Positions 1 to 9,210 of a stretch of 64,000 bases of DNA are shown piece after piece. The translations under genes and the position numbers were made by a program. The notes below the pieces were generated by a model that did no database searches, was not told the DNA's origin, and saw nothing but the letters and a program-made list of their open reading frames with translations. This stretch comes from Candidatus Latescibacterota bacterium. GTDB taxonomy: Bacteria > Krumholzibacteriota > Krumholzibacteriia > WVZY01. The stretch lies in the NCBI GenBank assembly GCA_011772205.1, contig WVZY01000057.1, positions 6,190 through 70,189 of the forward strand. The letters are read 5' to 3'. Each line of letters begins with the position of its first letter. The first letter of the stretch is position 1.

Positions 1-1
1 G

Positions 2-1462
2 TCGGTGCCCCTGTGGCTGAGGAAGAAGCTGTGGATCCCCCAGCTCATTCGAAAAGAGCTCGACTATGAGGGCGAAGTTCTAATGATCGAGCACCACATG
101 TCCCACGCGGCCAGTTCATTTCTCGTTTCCCCGTTTGAAGAGGCGGCGATCGTGACGGTCGATGGAGTTGGAGAGTGGGCCACAGCGACCATTGGAAAAG
201 GAGAAGGAAAAAAGATCACCCTCATCAAGGAGATCAAATTTCCCCATTCGCTCGGGCTTTTGTACAGCGCGTTCACGTACTACCTGGGCTTCAAAGTGAA
301 CAGTGCCGAGTACAAAGTCATGGGGCTGTCTCCATACGGAAAACCTGTCTACTACGATAAAGTGAGAGAACTGATCAGTTTCGAGAAAGACGGCAGTTTC
401 AAAATGAACATGAAATACTTCGCGTATGATTACGGTCTCACCATGACGAATTCGCGCTTCGAGAAACTTTTCGGACAGCCAAGGCGGGAGCCCGAGAGCC
501 GGCTGGATCAATTCCACAAGGATGTGGCGGCAAGCGTGCAGAAAGTCACCGAGGAAGTCGTCCTTGGGATGGCGAAATATGCCTACGAAAAGACAGGAAG
601 CAAGCATCTGTGTTTGGCGGGTGGCGTGGCGCTGAATTGCGTGGCGAACGGACTTGTGCTGCGAGAAGGTCCTTTCGAGGAACTATTCATCCAGCCGGCG
701 GCGGGTGACGCGGGCGGCGCCGTGGGTGTTGCCGCGTATATTTACTACTCGCTCCTAGGGAACGAACGACGCTACGACATGTGGAAGCACGCTTACCTGG
801 GGCCCGGATATTCGACGGAAGAGATCAAGAATTTTCTCGATTCACACGATATCCGGTACAAGGAGCTGTCCAAAGATGCTCTCCTCGAGAAGACAGCTCA
901 GGCAATCATCGACCAGAAGGTCATCGGCTGGTTCCAGGGGCGAATGGAATTCGGCCCCAGGGCTCTCGGCAATCGCTCGATCCTTGCCGATGCAAGAAAT
1001 CCGGCCAATAAAGACGTGGTCAATCTGAAGATCAAATTCCGGGAAAGCTTCCGGCCTTTTGCTCCCACTGTACTCGAAGAGAGGTGCGGCGAATATTTCG
1101 ATCTGGATGCGCCCAGCCCGTATATGCTCCTCGTTGCGCAAGTGAGGGAGGACAAGCGCGAGATCCCTTCGGTGACCCACGTGGATGGATCGGCCCGCAT
1201 CCAGACGGTGAGAAGGGAAGTGAATCCTTTATACTATGACCTGATAAGCAGGTTCGATGAAATGACGGGCTGCCCGGTCATCATCAATACATCGTTCAAC
1301 GTTCGTGGGGAGCCAATCGTGTGCACGCCCTACGACGCGTATCTTTGCTTCATGCGAACGAAGATGGATGTCCTCGTAATGGACCGATTCTACATGGAAA
1401 AGTCGGAGCAGGAACCTATGGAAGAGGATGTTGACTGGCGGGCTCATTTCGAACTCGATTGA
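2..1462 (+). CDS. Carbamoyltransferase (NodU/CmcH/NovN family), 5'-truncated at window edge
   Basis: ORF 5..1462 continues in frame to position 2 with no upstream stop. Family-typical motifs (FGPRALGNRSIL, VTHVDGSARIQTV, NTSFNVRGEPIVCTP). TGA stop at 1460-1462. Confidence 0.8.
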   Translation, partial: SVPLWLRKKLWIPQLIRKELDYEGEVLMIEHHMSHAASSFLVSPFEEAAIVTVDGVGEWATATIGKGEGKKITLIKEIKFPHSLGLLYSAFTYYLGFKVNSAEYKVMGLSPYGKPVYYDKVRELISFEKDGSFKMNMKYFAYDYGLTMTNSRFEKLFGQPRREPESRLDQFHKDVAASVQKVTEEVVLGMAKYAYEKTGSKHLCLAGGVALNCVANGLVLREGPFEELFIQPAAGDAGGAVGVAAYIYYSLLGNERRYDMWKHAYLGPGYSTEEIKNFLDSHDIRYKELSKDALLEKTAQAIIDQKVIGWFQGRMEFGPRALGNRSILADARNPANKDVVNLKIKFRESFRPFAPTVLEERCGEYFDLDAPSPYMLLVAQVREDKREIPSVTHVDGSARIQTVRREVNPLYYDLISRFDEMTGCPVIINTSFNVRGEPIVCTPYDAYLCFMRTKMDVLVMDRFYMEKSEQEPMEEDVDWRAHFELD

Positions 1463-1640
1463 TTCCGGAAGCTGCCTTTTCGTATGATATTTGCGGACGC
1501 GCGGGCGAAAAGCGAGCCGAACCGGAATCATTTGATTGTCGACCTGGCGGGTCTTATCATTTATCATGGAGAAGCGGTAGGGACGAGGTATTCTGCCAAA
1601 ATCCCCCTGCATGATCATTCATTGATTTTTTCCGTAAATA

Positions 1641-1646
1641 AGGAGA
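1641..1646 (+). promoter_or_regulatory. Shine-Dalgarno AGGAGA for Lon-like protease gene
   Basis: AGGAGA lies 5 nt upstream of ATG 1652. Confidence 0.5.
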
Positions 1647-1651
1647 ACCGA

Positions 1652-4078
1652 ATGGCCGCTCTTTCACGTTTAGAGTTGAAAGCAAACGATCTCCGCTGGA
1701 AATGCGATCCAGATAAGCTTGGTTTCGAGACGACGGACGAGCTGACGTGCTGCAGCGAAATCATCGGCCAGGATAGGGCGTTGAACGCCATCAAACTTGG
1801 ACTCGAAGTACGGAGCGAGGGTTATAACATCTTCGTTTCGGGCCTTACAGGGACGGGTAGGTCCACTACCATTCAGCGGCTTCTCCGCGGTATGGATCAT
1901 GGGGATAAAGAGCTTCTTGATATCTGCTATGTGTACAACTTTCAGACACCTGACATTCCGATCTGCATCTGCCCCCCTGCGGGGACAGGCGCGAAGCTGA
2001 AGAAAAACTTGAAAGAGGTCCTTCGCACCCTCAGGACGCACATTCCGAAGGCGTTGCAGAGCGATCCATACAAGGAGAGGCAAAAAGCGATTCTGGAAGA
2101 TGTGAAGAAGCGCCGGGCAGAGTTTGCAGTAGAGTTCGATAAGGCCATAGAGGAAAAAGGCTTCCAGGTTGTTGAAGTGCAATACGGTCCTTTTACGAGA
2201 CCCGAAATCCTTCCCGTGGTTGATGGGACTCCGACCGGTATGGATAAGGTCGCCGCGCTCGTCGATGAAGGGAAGATGTCGAAGGAAGATTTCGAAAAAC
2301 TCCGGGAAGATCACAGCGAGCTCGTTGAGAAAATGGAAGCGTTTCTTGCAAGTACACGCGAGCTGGAAAAGGAATATGCCGAAAGGATCTCTGAGCTTGA
2401 AAAAGAATGTGTTGTTCCTATAGCAAGAATAACGATAGATGAGGCCAAAGGGAACTATCAGGAAGAGAGGATTCTCAATTTCCTGGAAAACATGAGGGAA
2501 TACTTAGTAGACAACATCGATATTTTCAAGACGTCGGAAGATCAGGACGAATCCGACAAGGGTGAAGAAGAAGGTTTCATCGCATTCGAGGTAAATGTAG
2601 TTGTCGATAATGCTCGTACAACAGACGTTCCGGTGATAACGGAAACGACACCGAGCTATGCGAACGTATTTGGGACGATAGAACGGATCAGTGATGCGAG
2701 AGGTGAGTACAGGACGGATTTCACCAAAATTCGGGCCGGTTCGCTGCTGCGGGCAAACGGTGGGTTTCTGGTGCTCAACCTCAATGACCTCCTTTACGAA
2801 CCGGCCGTTTGGCCTGCGTTGAAGCGTGCATTGAAGAACCAGCAGGTCACCATCCAAGGATTCGATGCCTTCTTCATGCTGGCCATCAGCGCTCTGAAAC
2901 CTGAGCCGATAAACATCGATGTCAAAGTTGTTTTGATCGGTGACGCATATTCTTACCAGATTCTTTATAACTACGATGAGGAGTTCAGGAAAATCTTCAA
3001 AGTAAAAGCCGATTTCGATAACGTGATGGAAAATGAAGCAGGAAACTTGGCAAAATACACACAGTTCATAAAGTATATCTGCGACGAGGAAAAGCTTCTG
3101 CCTTTTCATAAGACCGGAGCTGCGGCCCTCGTTGAAGAGGGAGTAAAAATTGCGGGCAGGCAGGACAAACTGTCCACCAGATTCAGTGATATTGCCGATG
3201 TGATCCGGGAAGCGAGCTACTGGGCTGAAAAGGATAATTCGAAAGTCGTCGAAGATCATCATGTGGAAAAAGCGATCGATGAGCGGACGAATAGAGTCAA
3301 TCTCATCGAGGATAAGATACAGGAGATGATCGAAGACGGTACCATTCTACTGGACATCGACGGCGAAAAGATCGGACAAGTGAACGGCCTGTCCGTGTAC
3401 GATCTTGGCGACCATTCCTTTGGAAAACCCGCACGTATCACCGCCGAAGCCGCCATTGGGCGAGCGGGAATTATTAATATCGAGCGGGAAGCAGATCTCA
3501 GCGGAAGGACGCATAACAAGGGAGTGCTGATCATAGAGGGGTACCTGAGGAGAAAGTATGCACAGGACAAACCTCTGACAATGAGCGCGAGCATTTGTTT
3601 CGAACAGTCTTACAGCGGGATAGATGGTGACAGCGCCTCGTCGACGGAGATATACGCGCTTCTCTCCAGCTTGTCCGAAATCCCACTGAGACAGGATCTC
3701 GCCGTTACGGGCTCTGTGAATCAAAAGGGAGAGATACAGCCAATTGGAGGAGTGAATCAAAAAATAGAAGGGTTCTTCGAGGTCTGCAAGGCAAAAGGAT
3801 TGACAGGAAAGCAGGGAGTCATCATACCAAGCCTCAACAAACGGGATCTGATGCTCCGAAAAGATGTTATTAAAGCGATTGAATCAGGAAAGTTTCACAT
3901 CTACGCGATCGACACGATCGATCAGGGTGTCGAGCTTCTTAGCGGCAGGAAAGCCGGCAAGAAACTTTCGAACGGGAAATTCGAAAAGGACAGCGTCAAC
4001 GCGCTGGTCGATGAAAAGCTCAAAAACTATGCGGATCAGATTCGCGAATTCTATGAATCCGAGGAAGAAAAGGGGTAG
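1652..4078 (+). CDS. Lon-like ATP-dependent protease (COG1067, YcbZ/LonB-type): AAA+ ATPase plus Lon S16 proteolytic domain
   Basis: Walker A GLTGTGRST. N-terminal LRW-C-DP...FETTDEL motif typical of the YcbZ family. C-terminal Lon protease domain (DGDSASSTEIYALLSSL, Ser-Lys dyad context). ATG 1652 is in frame within ORF 1484..4078 and preceded by an RBS. Confidence 0.8.
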   Translation: MAALSRLELKANDLRWKCDPDKLGFETTDELTCCSEIIGQDRALNAIKLGLEVRSEGYNIFVSGLTGTGRSTTIQRLLRGMDHGDKELLDICYVYNFQTPDIPICICPPAGTGAKLKKNLKEVLRTLRTHIPKALQSDPYKERQKAILEDVKKRRAEFAVEFDKAIEEKGFQVVEVQYGPFTRPEILPVVDGTPTGMDKVAALVDEGKMSKEDFEKLREDHSELVEKMEAFLASTRELEKEYAERISELEKECVVPIARITIDEAKGNYQEERILNFLENMREYLVDNIDIFKTSEDQDESDKGEEEGFIAFEVNVVVDNARTTDVPVITETTPSYANVFGTIERISDARGEYRTDFTKIRAGSLLRANGGFLVLNLNDLLYEPAVWPALKRALKNQQVTIQGFDAFFMLAISALKPEPINIDVKVVLIGDAYSYQILYNYDEEFRKIFKVKADFDNVMENEAGNLAKYTQFIKYICDEEKLLPFHKTGAAALVEEGVKIAGRQDKLSTRFSDIADVIREASYWAEKDNSKVVEDHHVEKAIDERTNRVNLIEDKIQEMIEDGTILLDIDGEKIGQVNGLSVYDLGDHSFGKPARITAEAAIGRAGIINIEREADLSGRTHNKGVLIIEGYLRRKYAQDKPLTMSASICFEQSYSGIDGDSASSTEIYALLSSLSEIPLRQDLAVTGSVNQKGEIQPIGGVNQKIEGFFEVCKAKGLTGKQGVIIPSLNKRDLMLRKDVIKAIESGKFHIYAIDTIDQGVELLSGRKAGKKLSNGKFEKDSVNALVDEKLKNYADQIREFYESEEEKG

Positions 4079-4084
4079 TCTTGG

Positions 4085-5071
4085 ATGTTGACGCCGGACT
4101 CTCCCGAATCCCTGATAAAGAAGACGGCATACGAAATCGGTTTCTCCCTCGTCGGCATAACTGACCTCTCACCTTGCCCTGAATCCGATAGTGCATTCGA
4201 AAATTGGCTGGAGGCGGGTAATCACGGGGAGATGCATTACCTCGAGCGATGGAAAGAAAAACATTGCAATCCCTCACTTCTTCTCGAGGATGCAAAATCT
4301 GCCGTCTGTGTCGCTTTGAACTACTACACGAAAGCGTTAGCACGAAATTTGGCCCTCGATGGCAGTGATGGAAGGGGTATCTTTTCGATCTATGCTCACG
4401 GCCGGGATTATCACGACGTCATGGGAGAGATGCTCTCGGCCCTTTCGATGAAGCTTGCAGAGCTTTTCCCGGGGTGGCGGTCGGTTGCATGTGCGGACAC
4501 GAAGCCCGTATCCGACAGGGCGTTTGCGATTCGATCCGGTATCGCCTGGCTGGGAAAGAACACGAACGTCATCTCTCCAAAGTATGGTTCTTGGATCTTT
4601 CTGGGAGAGCTGATCACGAATCTCGAAATGACGCCGGATGCACCGCTAGAGAGCCTTTGTAGTGACTGCACGCTTTGCATCGATGCCTGTCCCGCAGGCG
4701 CTCTTGGACAGGAATATAGTATGGATGCCCGGAAGTGCATATCCTATCTCACCATCGAAAAGCGCGGGGAAATACCGAAAGACTTTCACGGTGCGATCGG
4801 TCTCAATGTTTTCGGTTGTGATGAATGCCAGCGCGTTTGTCCGTATAACGCTGTGGCAGTGGAATCGATTTTATTTTCGAGCGAGGAACGAAACCGGATG
4901 ATCGACATGGAGCTTCAACAACTTGCAGAAATAGGGGACAAGGATTTCAAAAAACTGGCCGTTGGAAGCGTGATAAGCAGGTGCGGAACGGAGGGTCTGA
5001 GAAGAAATGCGGCGATCGCGCTAGCCAATATTGCATCTGGACGTTTTACCTCAAAGGGAAAAAAACGGTAA
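4085..5071 (+). CDS. queG: tRNA epoxyqueuosine(34) reductase QueG
   Basis: Two 4Fe-4S ferredoxin motifs (CSDCTLCIDACP, CDECQRVCPYN), YAHGRDYHDV motif, C-terminal HEAT-like AAIALANI. Confidence 0.8.
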   Translation: MLTPDSPESLIKKTAYEIGFSLVGITDLSPCPESDSAFENWLEAGNHGEMHYLERWKEKHCNPSLLLEDAKSAVCVALNYYTKALARNLALDGSDGRGIFSIYAHGRDYHDVMGEMLSALSMKLAELFPGWRSVACADTKPVSDRAFAIRSGIAWLGKNTNVISPKYGSWIFLGELITNLEMTPDAPLESLCSDCTLCIDACPAGALGQEYSMDARKCISYLTIEKRGEIPKDFHGAIGLNVFGCDECQRVCPYNAVAVESILFSSEERNRMIDMELQQLAEIGDKDFKKLAVGSVISRCGTEGLRRNAAIALANIASGRFTSKGKKR

Positions 5072-6488
5072 AAGTCGTTCCTTCCCCCTCTTTGCTCTTG
5101 CAGTAGATCTGCCCGCCACAGCTCGACAGTATCTTTTGAGAAACAGTCAGTCCCAATCCCTTCCCCTTCACCCCGACGTCTGGAGAATTGGACGCCTGCT
5201 GGAATGGCTCGGTCAATAGCGGAATCTCAGAGGCCGGTATGCCGATTCCCCCATCCGTAACTTTGAATACGACATAAAGTTGCCGGATTTCTGGTGGCTG
5301 AATATCTGATTTTCTCGGACCTATTTTCGGGGTGTCGGAGGGCTCTACCATCAATTCGAGATCGGTCATTTTGTTGTATTCGGCAACGCGCGCTTCGAAT
5401 TGCTCGTTCCAGTCCGGCAGCCAGATCCCATCGATATCGCTAACGGGCGCGCGGGGTTTTTCTTCGAATTCCAATACGACTGAAGCGGATTCGTTCGAGA
5501 ACTTTATCGCATTATCGATCAAATTATTGATGACTTTACGAAATTTAGCAGGCGTCAGCTTCAACTGAGGTAGCACATTGTTTGGGATTTCTATGGTTTC
5601 GATGGATATTTTCCTCTCGGCTGCTATGAGGGTATAGGTTGAGACGACCTCATGAACAATGCTCAAAGGGTTCCAGTCGGTGAGGGGCATGCTCATGTCG
5701 TCAAAATAGGCTTCATTCAAGTCCAGAAGAGAGGTAATGAGATTTTCCAGGCGCGCGACGGATTCGGTGACCCATTTGGCAACTTCACTCTTATCGTCTT
5801 GTAATTCGAGAGCGGAAAGTCCGCTCTTTATTACAGTGAGAGGCGTTCGGAATTCGTGAGTGATCCGGCTCATGATGTCGGTTCTAACGTCGTTCAATTT
5901 TTGGAGCTCTGTCAAAGAAAGCTTGGCATTGAGGAACAGCCTGGCGTGATTGAATGTCATCGCTGAAACAGCGCAGAATGAGTGGAGGAGCGTCGCATCG
6001 GATTCGGAGTAGGACTGAGATGATATCTTTTTCCCAAGAAAAACTATCCCCAGCAGCCTTCCCTTGATATAGAGAGGTGATAAAATTGCAAAGCTATCCA
6101 ATAGTGGTTTGATATTGTTTTCTGCAAGGATGTCTTTTGGCAGATTCGACAGAGCGATTGGGAAGGGGGTTGCATTCAAATATGAAACAAAGGGGGAGGC
6201 TAAGCCAATCACAGGGAAGTTCTTCAAATCAACCTTCCCAAAGCTCACTGCAGGTTCGAGAACGCCGATATCCTCTTTGGCGGAGTAATAGCAGCTTTCG
6301 CCCGAAAGAAACTGTCCCATAATGGTCAACAAAAATTCTCTCTGGAGTGTTTCGAGATCCAATGAACTCCCGTACTTGTTCAAGAGAGATATGAGAGAAT
6401 CGGTCAGGAGTCGCTGTTTCTGGTACTTATTCTTCCATAGTGCCACTTGGGTTCGCGAGCTAGATTCTTTTGTGCTGGTCTTGCTCAT
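5046..6488 (-). CDS. GAF-domain sensor histidine kinase (HisKA plus HATPase_c with a long insertion)
   Basis: H-box HEFRTPLTVIKSG. N-box IDNAIKF. G-boxes DGGIGI and GKGLGL. N-terminal roughly 190-aa GAF-like region. Convergently overlaps queG by 26 nt. Confidence 0.8.
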   Translation of the reverse strand: MSKTSTKESSSRTQVALWKNKYQKQRLLTDSLISLLNKYGSSLDLETLQREFLLTIMGQFLSGESCYYSAKEDIGVLEPAVSFGKVDLKNFPVIGLASPFVSYLNATPFPIALSNLPKDILAENNIKPLLDSFAILSPLYIKGRLLGIVFLGKKISSQSYSESDATLLHSFCAVSAMTFNHARLFLNAKLSLTELQKLNDVRTDIMSRITHEFRTPLTVIKSGLSALELQDDKSEVAKWVTESVARLENLITSLLDLNEAYFDDMSMPLTDWNPLSIVHEVVSTYTLIAAERKISIETIEIPNNVLPQLKLTPAKFRKVINNLIDNAIKFSNESASVVLEFEEKPRAPVSDIDGIWLPDWNEQFEARVAEYNKMTDLELMVEPSDTPKIGPRKSDIQPPEIRQLYVVFKVTDGGIGIPASEIPLLTEPFQQASNSPDVGVKGKGLGLTVSQKILSSCGGQIYCKSKEGEGTTFTVFFPLR

Positions 6489-6512
6489 CTTGATTCTGAT
6501 TTCTAAATCGCG

Positions 6513-7640
6513 TTACACCTTGATCGTGTTTTTCAGCTCTTCGATGCTTCCAACGATCACGAAATAATCGCTGATGTTGAGAATTTCGAAGATGTCGCTA
6601 ATCTCTGAAGGAATTTTCATAAATATGAGATCTCCACCCCGCTGCCTCAGAGATGAGACAGTGCCCAGCAATATTCCTATTCCGGCACTGCTTATGAATG
6701 AAACTTCCGAAAAATCAATGATTATAAACTTCGTTTCGCTGTTGAGAAGGTTCGTTAAGTATTCCTCAACATTCTGTGTAGAGACCGAATCGATACTACC
6801 GATCAATTTGACGATTGTGGCGCCCTCAATATCGCAGGACTCCGATTTAATCGAAAACGTGTTCATACGAATCCTCCTTTGTTTCTCGTGTTGCTCGTGA
6901 GCTCCGCTCTCTTTTTTTGCGACTTTGAAAGATGTGACGTTCCAAGATCCGAGACGTTTGTATTCCGTATCAACACTCAGTTGGTTCATTATAAACAGGC
7001 CAAGGCCTCTAGTTTCTCTTTCTTTGATTTTATCGCTTATGTTCACATGTAACTCGGTTTTGGTAAGAAATACATCTGCATTATCTCTATAGCGGACAGT
7101 GACATAAGCATCGTTTGCTGTTATAGAGAGGACTATTGAAGGTTGATCTGTTTGGAATGTTCCATGCTCGACCGTGTTTATAGCGAGTTCGTAAATGCAC
7201 AACTGAAGTCGTGATAGAGTGCTGTCATCAAGTTCCAGGGCTCGCCCAATGAGGGTTACGGCCAAATTTATTTCGGCAAGGGCTGCGCTGAGGTCCAAAA
7301 AGCTCAAGCAATATTCAATATTATTCGATCTGTCGGATTCTCCAGCTGCCACATTCCGGTATTCGAATCGTGTCGATTTTGACATTTTGAGCTTGTTGCC
7401 ACTTTTACTGGCTTCACTGACATCCTTTGATCCAGTTTGTTTTGAAATTGTCTTGATTGCTTCTTGCGATCGTTTCGATAACGTCTCAGAGTAAAGTATG
7501 TCTATATTGTTTATGCCGATATCCTGGCATATTTTTATGTATCTGGTGAGGCGCTTGGTTGAACGCCGGTCGATCTCGCCATTGATACGGATTGCTATAG
7601 AACCGTCTGTGAAGTTGATATCCTCAATGATCATCAGCAA
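6513..7640 (-). CDS. Fusion protein: STAS-like domain, RsbW/SpoIIAB-type anti-sigma serine kinase (HATPase), and C-terminal STAS anti-sigma-antagonist domain
   Basis: Central LCIYELAINTVEHG (N-box) and RGLGLFIMNQL (G-box). C-terminal STAS with FISSAGIG (phospho-Ser motif). Confidence 0.7.
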   Translation of the reverse strand: MLMIIEDINFTDGSIAIRINGEIDRRSTKRLTRYIKICQDIGINNIDILYSETLSKRSQEAIKTISKQTGSKDVSEASKSGNKLKMSKSTRFEYRNVAAGESDRSNNIEYCLSFLDLSAALAEINLAVTLIGRALELDDSTLSRLQLCIYELAINTVEHGTFQTDQPSIVLSITANDAYVTVRYRDNADVFLTKTELHVNISDKIKERETRGLGLFIMNQLSVDTEYKRLGSWNVTSFKVAKKESGAHEQHEKQRRIRMNTFSIKSESCDIEGATIVKLIGSIDSVSTQNVEEYLTNLLNSETKFIIIDFSEVSFISSAGIGILLGTVSSLRQRGGDLIFMKIPSEISDIFEILNISDYFVIVGSIEELKNTIKV

Positions 7641-7644
7641 GGAG

Positions 7645-9210
7645 CTAAACCTCCATACTTATACGCCTTGACGGCATTTTCATCTCAGCGCTCAAAGCGA
7701 GTAGCGTAATATCGTCTGTTTGAGGGGAGGATTTTCTGAAATTCGCCTCTGCTTCCACTAGCTTTGATACCAGCGCTTTTGCCCCATCTCGAGCGTAGTA
7801 TTTGCAGATTCTAAGAATGCGTTCAAATGTGAATTGCGCGCCTGTTTCATTTTTCGATTCGTTGAGTCCGTCAGTATACCCCAGTATAAGATCCCCCGGC
7901 TTCAGGTAGGCGCGATACTGGGTAAGTTGCCTTTCGAAAGTGGCATCGGCCAATATTCCCAACGGCAGACCTTTCATTTTCACGAGGCGGCACGTGCCGA
8001 TTGAATGCTCATATATCAACAGGGGATTGTGGCCTGCATTCGAACAAGCCAGTTCTGAGTTGCTCTCATCGAAAATTGCAAATAGAAGCGTAACAAACAT
8101 GTTTTGCTTGGTCGTATTCACAAGGGATTCGTTCAATCTTTGTATAACCTCTGTTGGGGCAAGTCCTTTCAATGCGAATTCCTGCACCATGATCTTTACC
8201 ATCGCCATGACAACTAGCCCGGGAACGCCTTTTCCTGAGACATCTGCCATCACCAAAGCGGTCCTGTCATCGTCTATCGGAATCACATCCATGTAGTCGC
8301 CACCCACTTCGTAAGCGGATTGGTAATAATGGCCTATCTCGAAACCACTGGGTTCGCGGATTTTTTTGGGAAGCAACGTGCTTTGGATCTCCCTGGCGAT
8401 CTCGAGCTCTCTTTCCATACGCTCTTTGATGACGAGTTCACGCTGCGCCGCTGCTATCTTGGATGCCATTTCGTTGAAAGATGAAGCTAGCATGCGCAGC
8501 TCATTCTTGGCTTTTATATGTATTTCAGCCTCGAGATTCCCTTCTCCAAATTCGCGAACGCCTCGCATCAAGATATCGAGAGGACGCGAAATGCGTTGGA
8601 AGAGCAGCAGTGAAAAAACAATGCCCAGTAGCAAAGCTGCTAGAGCACAAATCAAGGTGATCGTAATAGCCCGGGTAATGGAATAGTGGAACTCTTCTTT
8701 CGAATATAAGAGATGCACCTTTCCAACAGGTATGTCGAGACTTTTGACAGGCGTCGTAAAGAAATAGTATTGATCATTCTGATACAGTTTATCACCCGGC
8801 CCAAGATGCACCGATCGCACAGGTTGAAATCCTTTTATCTTAAGGCGGTGAGGTGTTCCGATGTTTTGAAGAGTGTTGTCGCCTTGGATGATGCCATTCG
8901 CATCTGTTATTACAACGGAGACGATATCGGAACTTCTATTTGTTAATTGGCTGAGCAATGGGTAAAGCTCGAATTCGGGATCGGGTCTTAGCAATGCTTT
9001 AGTACTGGAGAGAGCGATGTTTTTCCCCTGAAGCACCACAGACCTCTCGATTTCATTTTTCAATATCTTTTTTTCGTGGATAATCAGCAAATAGCTGATC
9101 GAAGCTACTGTAATACCCAAAAGGAATATCGTCCCAAAACACATTTGAGTCTTGAGAGATCGGAAATGGCTTATGCCGAGAGACGGCCTACTCATTCGAG
9201 ACACCACCAA
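7645..9210 (-). CDS. Membrane-bound sensor serine phosphatase (two TM helices, periplasmic domain, HAMP, PP2C/SpoIIE domain; RsbU-like)
   Basis: Two hydrophobic helices flank a roughly 150-aa extracytoplasmic segment. HAMP (NLEAEIHIKAKNELRMLASSFNEMA). PP2C motifs (GGDYMDV, ADVSGKGVPG, GYTDGLNE). Confidence 0.8.
   Translation of the reverse strand: MVVSRMSRPSLGISHFRSLKTQMCFGTIFLLGITVASISYLLIIHEKKILKNEIERSVVLQGKNIALSSTKALLRPDPEFELYPLLSQLTNRSSDIVSVVITDANGIIQGDNTLQNIGTPHRLKIKGFQPVRSVHLGPGDKLYQNDQYYFFTTPVKSLDIPVGKVHLLYSKEEFHYSITRAITITLICALAALLLGIVFSLLLFQRISRPLDILMRGVREFGEGNLEAEIHIKAKNELRMLASSFNEMASKIAAAQRELVIKERMERELEIAREIQSTLLPKKIREPSGFEIGHYYQSAYEVGGDYMDVIPIDDDRTALVMADVSGKGVPGLVVMAMVKIMVQEFALKGLAPTEVIQRLNESLVNTTKQNMFVTLLFAIFDESNSELACSNAGHNPLLIYEHSIGTCRLVKMKGLPLGILADATFERQLTQYRAYLKPGDLILGYTDGLNESKNETGAQFTFERILRICKYYARDGAKALVSKLVEAEANFRKSSPQTDDITLLALSAEMKMPSRRISMEV

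Noticed and set aside
1484-4078. Lon-like protease as a BREX BrxL defence component
   Set aside because: No other BREX genes (PglX, PglZ, BrxA/B/C) nearby. The N-terminal motif matches the housekeeping YcbZ/LonB COG1067 family.
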